From the IMG/VR virus record IMGVR_UViG_3300044730_000313, positions 32,001-96,000 of that record: 64,000 nt of DNA; one strand, written 5' to 3'. The translations under genes and the position numbers were made by a program. A model generated the notes under the pieces. It saw only the letters and a program-made list of their open reading frames with translations. It made no database searches and was not told the origin of the DNA. Positions 1 through 11,400 of the stretch are shown in pieces. Origin of the DNA: a virus. Each line of letters begins with the position of its first letter. Within the stretch, counting starts at the first letter, position 1.

Positions 1-2449
1 GACGCTTCTTTAGATTGTCTCTAAGGATGGTGTAATACTTACGATCTTTATCATTTAACTGAGATACATAAGCACTGTCATCCAAAGGCACACGTCTCAT
101 TAACCCTGTCTTAGGATCAACATACACCTTGAATGCTTCTTCTAAATCAATGTGTCCAGCTGTACCCTTGTCAGCTTTCATAGAATCAATAGCCTTCTGG
201 AACTCTGAGTCTGTCAGCTTCTTCTCTGTAAACCTGCGCTGATACCAATCATTCACTAGGTCTGTTACACGTTTTGGAACCTTCTTACCATTTACATAAT
301 ATCCGTCTCCACGTTTTTCAACAGCCATGGAGCCCCTCTTAATGGTGTCAAATATCTGCTGCTGTTTAGATTGCTGCAAGAACACCTCGTTCTCATTAGC
401 ACGAATGTCATCAGCTGTACCAATATCTTTACCAGAGATGATGTCCATAGCTGCCTGGTCAAACCCACTTCTTGAGAACAGCCCTTTGAGCCATTCCAAT
501 ATCTGGGCCCACCAGCTTTGCACCTTAGCTAGCTTCTCAGCGCTTTCTTTATTATTTTCATTCTGGTAGATGATAGTTTCAGAAAGCACCTTACCAATAG
601 CCTCGTCCTTGATTTTCAATACGTTAGGCTTACCATCTTTGGTTTGATAGAGAGGATTGTTGCTATACTCAGCAAATGTATCCTTCAATATCTGATAGCT
701 ATTAATCTCGCTAAGTAGTTTTTGGTAGAGCTTGGGATTGGTTTGCTTGATGATTTCTACAACAAAGTGCATAGCCTCCTCAGGAAGAGCTCTAGCCTCC
801 ATACCGTTCACCACCTGGATGAGCTTCTGTGTTACAATGGCTGCAGCGTTAGCATCCATCTGAACACCATTAACAATGATGCTGTCAACATTCTGTGTGC
901 TAACACCAATGCGCTTAAGGAAGTCCTTAATCATTGCAATGGTTCTAGGGGATGCTGTTGATAGTTCTGTTCCTTTCTTCTGCAAAAGAATAGGCTGTTG
1001 TTCTCTTTCAGGAACTATATCTATCTCGTTCCACTTATTCCCATATTCATCTGTAATCTCTTTTACATTCTGGGCACCATAAATCTTTTTAAGAGTGTTG
1101 GTTACAGTGTTCTCATAGAAGTTGAAGATGGGTTTAAGAGCTCCAAATCCTTCTCTCTCAACTCTTTCAAGTTCTTGTTTTAAAACAGCTATTTCTTTTT
1201 TAGGAAGTTCTTTATTTATTGCAACATTAGCACTTTCTAGAGTTCTATAAGAACCACGCATTTGTTCTTTTGTATCTTTAGTTTGAAGTCTATAATACTT
1301 TCCAGTAGAGTCTTCAACTTCAACCGCTTCAAGATTATCGTTTATTTTGATTTGATCCTCAAGTTCTTTGATCCTCTCTTCTTTCTGTCTTTTAAATTCT
1401 TCTAATGTTGAATGTCCTTCCACCTTACTAGCTGTATTTCCTTTAGGAAATAGTACCTTCTCATATCCTTTTTTAGCTGAGTCTTGAACAATAGATCTGA
1501 TGAAGAAGCTTACCCAATTGTTTCCTTTGTTTAAGAGTTGGAGGAATTGGTTTTCTTTATTTCCTTGTTGTAATCCTTCTACAACACGTCCTTGAGAATG
1601 GTCAAATTGTCTTTTTCCTGCTAATACATCTTTATCTCTACCCTTCTGAAACAAATCAGATTGTACTTCTAGTATTCTACGAGTTTTAGGTGTGGCATAT
1701 TTAGCTTTTCTATATTCTTCTTCTGATATGATTTCTCCATTCTTTTTATGTATAAATCCTTTGCTTAGAGAATACTCTTGTGTATATTTATTACCTGCAT
1801 ATTCAAAATCTTTTTCTTTATTTTGAACACTCATAGCTTGTTTAATAAAAGAAGCATCATCACTTCTAAACCATCCTATACCCTGATCTGTAGCAAACTG
1901 AGCATGTCCTCTGATAGCAGGTGTGATGGCTGGTGTAGCTATCTCATTCTCTGTATAGTTAGTACCACCTGGTACTGTTAGATTGGAATAGTATCGACTA
2001 GGTATGTATATTCTTTCTAAATTAGGAAATGCTCCAGGAGTAACTCTTGCTCCTCCTATGTCAGGTATCATTTCTTCCTCAGAAATATTAATCTCAATAG
2101 CAAAGCTATAATCAGCTAACATATTGGTAACCAATTCCTCACGATCTGTGGTGTTGTATTGCTTGAGAATATCAATCTGCTCTTTAGGTATCTGCAGATC
2201 AGCTTGCACCTTATTCCAGAAAGCATCCCCTGTCACCTTGTTTCTCTCAAGAGTGGAGAAAAGCTGAACAGCTTTTGGAGACTGAAGAATGTTTGTAGCC
2301 TTTATTCCAGATTTTACAACAGACTGTCTGCTCTCACTATCAGGAACATTTCCATCAAATTTATCCCATAGATAGTAAGCAACATCCTCGCCTCTAGCAG
2401 CTACAAGATTTTTCCAGGAGTCAAGATTGATATTTGGACAAGTTGCCAT
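1..2449 (-). CDS. Giant virion/ejected protein, partial (runs off left edge); zincin-like EExxH segment and start of a possible PD-(D/E)xK-like domain
   Basis: Not in the ORF track because it has no stop in the window. ATG at 2449-2447 overlaps the TAA of the upstream gene (TAATG). Reads MATCPNINLDSWKNL...; ALPEEAMHFVVE in frame at 767-781; KRVTDLV...KGTAGH near the left edge. Frame spot-checked only. Confidence 0.8.
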   Translation of the reverse strand, partial: MATCPNINLDSWKNLVAARGEDVAYYLWDKFDGNVPDSESRQSVVKSGIKATNILQSPKAVQLFSTLERNKVTGDAFWNKVQADLQIPKEQIDILKQYNTTDREELVTNMLADYSFAIEINISEEEMIPDIGGARVTPGAFPNLERIYIPSRYYSNLTVPGGTNYTENEIATPAITPAIRGHAQFATDQGIGWFRSDDASFIKQAMSVQNKEKDFEYAGNKYTQEYSLSKGFIHKKNGEIISEEEYRKAKYATPKTRRILEVQSDLFQKGRDKDVLAGKRQFDHSQGRVVEGLQQGNKENQFLQLLNKGNNWVSFFIRSIVQDSAKKGYEKVLFPKGNTASKVEGHSTLEEFKRQKEERIKELEDQIKINDNLEAVEVEDSTGKYYRLQTKDTKEQMRGSYRTLESANVAINKELPKKEIAVLKQELERVEREGFGALKPIFNFYENTVTNTLKKIYGAQNVKEITDEYGNKWNEIDIVPEREQQPILLQKKGTELSTASPRTIAMIKDFLKRIGVSTQNVDSIIVNGVQMDANAAAIVTQKLIQVVNGMEARALPEEAMHFVVEIIKQTNPKLYQKLLSEINSYQILKDTFAEYSNNPLYQTKDGKPNVLKIKDEAIGKVLSETIIYQNENNKESAEKLAKVQSWWAQILEWLKGLFSRSGFDQAAMDIISGKDIGTADDIRANENEVFLQQSKQQQIFDTIKRGSMAVEKRGDGYYVNGKKVPKRVTDLVNDWYQRRFTEKKLTDSEFQKAIDSMKADKGTAGHIDLEEAFKVYVDPKTGLMRRVPLDDSAYVSQLNDKDRKYYTILRDNLKKR

Positions 2450-5400
2450 TAACAGATTGATTTTAATAGTTTACCGATTTCTTTTGGTTTATATCCTATC
2501 TTCTCAAGAAGATCAGCATTGATATCGCTTATTAGATATTCTTTACCATCTTTAAGTTTCAGTTTACCAGAAGGTGTGGTAATTTTAGTGGCTGTTGTAG
2601 GTGTAGGAGACTGTTGTACAATATCATCCACCTTAATGTTCTGAGACAGAGCAGCAATGATGTCAGCATTAGGAATCTCGTTCTTGATTCTGAGCGTGTT
2701 ATTATCCACCACAGAAGGCTTGAAGTCTGTGTAGTATTCTGATCCAAAGGCTCCCTCACCATACAGGTTGATGAGCTTGTATACATACTTGTTCTCTATC
2801 TCGTTCTTGTAGTTCTTTACGCCAATTGTTACAGGTGTGCCATCTGGATAGGTAACCTTCTGGTAACCAAGGACTTGTGTAAGTATGGGATTACCAGCTT
2901 TTTTCATAAAGGCATATGCTTTACCAGAAACACCCACACCCTTTAGAACATCCACAAGTTCTCCTCCATTTTTGTTAGCCACTATCCTTCTTATTTTTAC
3001 GTAGTCACCACTATTGATAGCCTCATTGTCGTAGTTCTCGTCCAAATATAAGATTTTTCTGTCGCTTGACTTAATCTTAAGTGCTTCATTATTAGGGAAA
3101 ACAGGGGAGTAATATTCATACACTTCCTCACCAGCAATGTCTGAGAAGGTAGGTCTATCTGCAGTGGTTTTAAAGAACACCTCTCTTACGGGATAGAATA
3201 CATTATTATCATCCCAGTTGTTACGCTGGAACATTCCATCAGCAAATGCATCCATATCTTCTGTCACTTGTAGGCCTCCTATTACAGGAGCTACAATAGC
3301 ACTGTAGTCTTCAATAGGAATGATGTTCTTAATAGACACCCCTGTCTGGTATGTACCCTGAAGGATGGAGAGTGTAATCAGATCTTTGTAAAGCTGATTG
3401 GTCTTAGGGTTGTTTCTAAGTTCTCTCATCATACCAATGTACATGTTCTCACTAGCAGCATCCTTTACGTTAGCCATTAGCATCACTGTATGAATACCAT
3501 TGTCTCTATTAAACCTCACCTCAAGTTGTCTGAGGATTGGTAACTCATTGGCATACAACGTTTTAGCTTCAGCCAGACGTGTAGCTACAGATGTGTTAGC
3601 ATCAATAAGCAAAGGTTTGATTGCAGCGTTCAGACCTGTTTTGGTTTGAATGATGTAGTCTAAGAAGGATGCTCTTATTTTATTAGCTGTACGAGCATAG
3701 TCATCCTCAGACATATACTCTTTTCTCTTGTACTGATCAAGAATCTTGTCTGTAATACCTCTGAACCTATCTTGGTCTAATACAAAGATGGAACCAACAG
3801 CATCGTCAGACATATCAAGGATTCTCTTCTGTAGTCCGATGTGGGAGTTGTTGAGCACCTCTTCAGGAGATGTAAAGATGTTAGTCTCCTTAGCGATGTC
3901 ACTCTTCATAATCTTTCTACCCAAAGCATCAGAACTCTTGAACTTAGTAGTGTCAAAGTTGATGGCCTGTGTAAAGCTGAAATTATACTTGGCCATCATA
4001 GCCAGTCTCAAGAACTGGTCAAATATCAACTGCTGCTCAGCATTCTTCTTAAGGGTGCTAAGCTTACCGTTGTTTGCAAACTCACGAATGTTTTCTGCAA
4101 GTGCTTCTGTATCAATGGTTTTAGCCACCTCTACAGTTTGTTGATCTTTATCTTTAACAGGGAATCTGTTTCTGATGTTCTTCATGTTAGCAGCACGGAA
4201 CAATCCACGAGATCCTGTTCCTTCTACTAGCTCTAGGTATTGCTTAATAATGGGCTGGTTCATGAACAGAGCTGCTGTACGAATAGGAACACCAATTCTT
4301 TGCATGAGCATGAACGTACCTACAGCCTTATCACTTCTGATAATCTTCATGATGTAGGGGTCCTTAGCCACGTCCACAAAGGATGTGATGTATCCAGATA
4401 GACCATCAGAGATGTAGAGCTTGTTGTCTGCATCCATTACACCAGACATAGATATGTACTCTTTTCCATTGATAGTCACCTTGTTATGAGGTAACAGAAG
4501 AGTACCATCACCCAGAAACTTCTGGTCAAATGCAGGAGAGTCTTTTATTCTCTCAGGGTCCATGATCACTGTAACCTTCTGTGACAAAGACTGATTGGTG
4601 ATATTTACAGCACCAATACCCACCCAGCGCTTAGCAGTTAAGAACGCATGTCTAAGAGTGGCCATGTAGTTAGGATCAAGAATCTTATTCTTTACATCTG
4701 CTTCTCTATCATTAGTAAGATCTTCAATCTCTAAAGCAATTTCTTTCAGACCACCATCTCCTACAGGAGACAGCAAACGCTGGCGGTTCTCAGGAAGTGT
4801 AAGCAGCTCCTCAAAAGAGTCATAGTATTCATTCTCAAGGGAACGCTTGTACATATCCTCTACAAACTCTGTCTTAAGTTTATCGTTAAGGATTTTCTTT
4901 GTAAGCTTAGTTTTCTTATCTGCCAGATTCTCAACCTGTTGTGCAACGTATTCACTAGCATCCACATTAGCATCAGCAGCCTGTTTTACAATTTCTTTAA
5001 ACAGGTTTTTATGATTACGGAAGAAATCAATTTCTTGCTCATCCAACACTGCAGTGATACTTTCTGAAGAGTAGTCTTGTAAACCTTCCATCTTAAACAA
5101 CACATCATAGAGCTTGTCTCTAAACTCTTCAAATTTTTCTATTCTGTCAATTTCAGTTTGGATGGTATCCTCATACACCTTTGTAAAGAACTCTTTTGTA
5201 GCTTCCTCAGACCCTTTGTATTTAACCAGTCTAAGGTTACCTGTAGCATCTACATATACGTTTCTCAGGTAGGTGTTGAGTTTATCTATGTCAAAGTCAG
5301 ATCCTGCCTTGGTAACCAGCTCTGTTGGTACAATCACTGTATCACCCATGTATTGAGGGAGGAACCCTACCACCTTGAATGAGTCTATGGAAGACAAAGA

Positions 5401-8400
5401 CTGTGTAGGAATACGGAATCCAATACCTCTAAGTATCTTGGCACCATCAGGACTGTTATTAATGTAGTTAAGGAGTTCCTCTTCAGTTTTGAACTTCTTA
5501 GCAGCCAGCTTATCTTTAAACCAGTGAGGAAGTAACACCTCCATGTAAGGCTGATCCTTTGTATAGAACTTGAGGGTGTCACTTGTCATACGCACCTTCT
5601 TCTTCTTACTATCATCTAGTGCCTCATACGCTTCTCTAGATATCTTCTTCCACCCTTCATCAGTCTTTTGAACCAGGCTTCTTCCTTTCTCAGCATTCTC
5701 CCACATAGTTACAGGAGCCTGAACCAAAGGTTTACCACCCATTGATGGAGAAAGAATAGCCTTGTTAATCATCGAGTAGATGATATTTCTAATCTGTACG
5801 TAAGAAGGAGAAGCTTCAAAAGGAATGTTAAATTCATCTTCCTCATTAAGTCTCACTGTATCTTTGGCATTCTCAGAGAGCTCTCTACGGAACATCTCAT
5901 ATACCAACAGTTCAGATAGAGCTTGTTTATCTTCAAGAGTGAATCCCTGACCGTTATCTATAATACCCAGCTTCTTAAGCAAACGATTGTAGGCATTCAC
6001 ATGCATTCTATCTAGGTCTCTAACATTGCGTTTGTAGAGCTCCTTGATATATTCAGCACGCTGACCTGTAGCTGCAAACACCTGACCGTTAGCAAACAAG
6101 TCAATGCTAACAAGCTTAGTGGGCTGAGAACCACGGGTTTGTTCTTTACCCTCATCATAGATGTTCTCCACCTGAATACCATAAGCTTTCCAAGGAACAT
6201 CAACAAAGTTGTTAAATACTTCCTCGTTAAATGTACCATTAGGATTGTATAGATTGTGCAAGCCTTCAGCTCCGACCTTTCTTCCTGATTCTACGATAGC
6301 ATATCCATATCCTTGCTCCAACATTTGTATGTAGAACTTCTCCAAACTCTTTCCTTCCACCATACTATAGTAGATGGGCATCTGAGAGAACTTGTCCAAT
6401 ACCAGATTGATATTGTTTGCGTTGTATTTAACACCAGATACAATAGGCTTCAGCACCTCTAGTGTATATTTAGGAGAAGGTGTAGATGTAAGCTTCTCAT
6501 CGTAAGCCTTTAGTTCAGGACTACGATATGTATACTTACCCTTGGCAGCTAGCTTCTTTCTAGTGTAAGCCATTTGCCACTGGTGGAAGTTCTCAGCCTC
6601 ATCAGACCACTGACCATTCTTCAGCTTAATCTCTCTGAAGGTGTTATCCATTAACCAAGAGGCAGCATCAGCTTCCTTAATACCTACATACGCAGGAATA
6701 GTGTTAGCTAATACGCTAGCTATCTTAGGATCTACAAGAGTAACAGTTCTTGTATAAGCTTTGTGATTATAGTAACCAGGATCACCAGGCTGGAGCATAA
6801 TACCAGCCACCTCGTTCATATTGTCATTCAAGAAGTTATCAAACTCAGCCATGTCAAACGTAGTCTTACGTGGAGACAGGAAGCTCTTGATACGCTTAGT
6901 TTCGTCAAATTTACCATCCTCTGTAGAGAACTGTAGGGGATCACCAAAGAGCATCTTGTGATACTCAATGTTACTAATAGTGTAATTGGCAGTTCTGAAC
7001 AACAGAATTTGCTTTGCTACATCCTCTATAATAGGTTTGTTTTTATCAATCTTATTCTCGCGAGCAAACCCATTATCTAAACTCTCCCAAAACACACCAC
7101 CTTCAACATATGAAATCTGACTGTTACTTCTTAACAGGTTCATTGTTTTTGTAGCTATACCATCTATAAATGCAGCTACATCTTGATTGATTGATTCTTG
7201 GTTCTCGTTTACATACTTTGTAATCTCATCCATAGAAACTGACTTATCAGCTATCATGCTGTTTAGTTCGTTCAGTGTTTTAGGACGGAGGATGTCATTA
7301 AAAAAGCGCAGTTCTTTAGCTCTTTCTTTAACATTTTTCAGCTTGCCACGGTTCTTGAAGTCACGGGCTAGAGCAATGTCATCCATCAGATAACCCTTGT
7401 AGATTTTGTAGATCTTGTTCCAAGCCTTACCGTCTACAAACTCTTGATAACTAACTTGGTTACCCACATTCATCATCCATTCTGTAGAGCTATCTGCAGG
7501 GATGAGGATATAATAGTTACCATTTAGGTTCTGGTTTATTTCAAGAGACAGTCCCTCTCCAAGTCCAAGTTTGGAAATAGATTTACTATCACCAGCATCA
7601 CTATCATCTACCCCTTGGATGGTCATCACCTTGATCTCTCTGATTCTATTACCCTCTTTGTCAAAGTAGAGTCCACCCTTTTTCAGTATTTGAGAATTGG
7701 TAGAGAAGATATCTTTTAGCTCAGGACGTTTTTCAAGAAGTTCATCAAGTGTAGCAGACTCATTGAATTCATTTTCAAACACTGATGAAGTGTTGTTATC
7801 AATGTAAGCCTGCATTCTCTTTCTCTCAATACCAAAATAGGTGATGTCCTGGTTGGGATTGTTTGCATTTACATACAACCTACCCAGGGTGTTGAGTTGT
7901 GTGGTGATACCTAGTGTCTGGCCACTTATGCTAACCAGATCGTTTGCTTTCTGTAGGAAGGCACGAATGTCTTTTACAGCATTAGCAAACTGACTTTTCT
8001 GACTCTTGTCACCGCCATAAGTTTTTAGTTTCTTGTAGGTGTCCATATCAAAGGTGACACCAATCTGATTTAGAAACTCTATCATCTTTTTAGGAGACTC
8101 AATGGTCATCTCCTTAATCTTATCAACACTTGCTTTATATGTCTCAGTCTTAGCATTATAGAAAACAGCACCTTTATCTGTTCTAGCCAACACCTTCATG
8201 TTGGTCACCCATGTGTCAACTTGTTGTCTAGCAGCAGTTTGTATGTTTGCAGAGGTGGTGAAGGTTTGACCTCCAGCAACACGCTGCACCATAGCATCAG
8301 GTCTCTGTCTAGTGAAGGTTTGTATGAAGTTGATGAAGAATCTCCAATCTTCAGCTTTGAAGTTACCGTATGGAACAGACTTATCTTTCTTACCACCTAG

Positions 8401-11400
8401 ACGTGTGAACATGCGAACATAATCACTATCATTAGCAGCAAGCTCTATAAGCTTATCCATTGTATTATTCACCCCACTGGTGTTAGACAATCTCTCAAGA
8501 AGGGTGGCAAATGCTGTACTGAAGTTGAGTAGCTTATATCCCAGTACCTCTGGATCAATCTGAGCCTCAGGCATTTCTAGGGTGAGAGAGTTGCTCTGGT
8601 CCATAGCCTTAGCTTTGAACAGAGTGGCAAGAGTGAACTTAACATCAAATGAAGAGCTCTTTTTAACATCCACAGTGAATGGTTCTGGAGCGTAGTCATT
8701 CTTATTAGTTTCCTCGTTATTAAGACTCGGTCTATCTTCTATATCAAAGTTCACACCCATGGTGCGAAGCTTCTCTTTTGTTCTTTGTACAAGCGCGTTC
8801 CAACGAGCATCTCCAAGCTTGGTGCGTTTGTTTACACCAGTCCATCCTGGAGTTTCACCTTCCCTCAGATACATCTCTTCTACCTCTCCAAAGATTTGTT
8901 TACCAGTGAGTTTCTGTGGGCTATACAAAAACTTCTTTGCCTTGAGGAAGACTAGACCAGCAACCCTGGCTGTCATATCCTCAACAAACTTCTGGGCCTG
9001 TTGCTCAGACAGTCCTTCAATCTCCTTATACTCAGCAGCCTCATTCTTTACAGTGTCAGGGAGAACACTCTCCTTGAACTTACCCATATCAATTGCCTCA
9101 AACAATTGTTGCTTGAGTGTAGGCTTAGCGTTGAAGTTCTTAAAGAAGTTCATGATGGACCTAAAGAATCTGAGCATTAGTTCCTTAAGACTTCTAGCAG
9201 GAAGCTTACCCAGTCTGAAATCAGCAAAGTCATCAGCTATTCTTTCCTTAGCTTCTTTATCTGTAGCAGCAGCATACTCAATATCACGTCCACTAGCTCT
9301 ATCTCTAAAGGTGCCAGACTGACCCTTAAATTCATTTAGAAGATCTTGTCTTTCACCAGGAGACAGGAATCCTTTCCATATACCCTCAAAGATTTCATGG
9401 TATTCTGTACCGCGTGTAGCACTTCTGTAGAACTTAGCCACACCATTCTCGAACACACCCCAAGCTGTAATGTCTGGGTTTCTGCGGATGATGTTTTCTA
9501 ATATCTCAAAAGGAATACCAGGAACATTAGCAGCATGCCATTTCCTAAACTCAGCTAAGTCTAGGTTGTCTATCTTATCTTCTTTCTTCTCACCCTTAGC
9601 AATTACACGGAAGTCTGTGCTAGGCCCTGTTGTACCCTTATTGTTATAAGGTTGACCAGGTTTAGCTCCTTCTAAAGCAGCTAGTTCTGCATCATATTTA
9701 GCTTCTATTATCTCTTGAGGAGTAAATCTTGCATAGTGACTTCCACCCATTATTCCAACAGTAGATCCTTCAGGTAAATTTACTTCTAATCCATTTATAT
9801 CAAGCTCTGTTCTATTTCTTTCTTTTGAAACATATATACTATATCCTCTATTTCCTTCAAACTTCCATCCAAAATTATTTACAAAAAACTTACCTATTGC
9901 TTGTAATAAATCATTAGTAGATGAATGTCCTGAAAAAGCATCTCCTATTTCTTTTTTTAATGTATCAAGTTTAGCTAAATCTTGTTTTTTTCTTTCTTCT
10001 ATTTCAGCTTTCTTATCAGAAACAGGAGCTGCTGGAGATTTGTAGTTTATTTTAGTTACATCATTTCCCAAATGTGTGCTTCTATATTTTTCTCCATCTT
10101 TTTCAAACCTTCTTTGGTCAAATGTATTATAACCAATTTTTGGTTCTGTAGAGGCATCGATAGCAGCAAGTACTTTATCGTCTTTTATAATTGCAAGCTT
10201 TACATTTTTTCCTGCAACTTCAGAGTTTTTATTATAGATATTACCTTCAGCATCAATAACATATAGTTTCATTCCTCCTTGTCTATTCTGAGCAGATAAA
10301 AAGTCTTCCTCTTGATCAGAATTATCAAATTTAACAAAGACGATTAGTTCAGCAGGCTCATGTTTTTCATTTGCAGCTGTTTTAAATCTTTCAACTTTTC
10401 CATCAGGTAACACTGTATAAACACTTCCTTTAGAAGTTTCAAAGCTTTCTATATTAGAAAGATCTGTATTAGAAACAGGAGCTGCTGTTGGAGCTACAGG
10501 AGCTGCAGCAGGCTTTTCCTTTAGCTTCTGCCCTAATGATGTAGCAGCAACAAGGGAAACATAATCACCAGCAATCTCCTCATCTGTTTTTTCAACATCT
10601 CTTACAGGATCGTATATACCAAGTTCCTTAAGCTGTGGAACTATTTGATTATTGATGAGGTCTTTATTCTTTGCAATCCTGGCTAGTGTATCTTTAGTGA
10701 GTTGACTATCAACCAGTTCCACTGTTACAGAACCATTAGGTTCAACGCTTGCTGTAAATTCAACATCTCCAAACTCTTTTCTGAGAGAATATATACCAGT
10801 GGTTTTACCGTCTAGTACATAACCATCCACTGTAGGAACACCCTGAGCAGCAGCTTGTTGAGCAGGAGCTGTGTATTGTACATCCAACTCTAGTCCTTCC
10901 AACACAGCATATTTCTGCATGTAGGAATAAGGAATAGATGCTGTGGGTTTAGATACAGATGTGAATAGGGGAGTCTCTTTTACAGAACGTTTACTACCAT
11001 CAGGATAGCTAGCAGACAACAGATATGAGTTGTAGCTAGGCCATTCTCTGGAAGCAATTTGATCGTTCTGATCTATGAAGTATTCAGTGAACGCATAGTC
11101 ACTGAAGATAGTCTTGTTGTTTACATTAGAGAAGGTCTTTTGGAGTTCTTCCATTATCTCTGCTTCTCTATCAGCCACCTCAGATAGGGGTATATCCTTA
11201 CCTGCGATGCGGAGTTCCATGGTGTCAGGGTTGATGTACACCTGATTCTTGGAAGGACTCTTTCCTTGTTTCCAGTGCAGAACGTTCTGTAGGAAGTTTA
11301 CGTAAGACTCTTCTAGATTACTGTTTAATGCAAATCCTTTGGATAGCTCACTGAGTAGACGGAAGATTGTTTTAGCCTCAGCTTTGTTGAACGCCCTATT

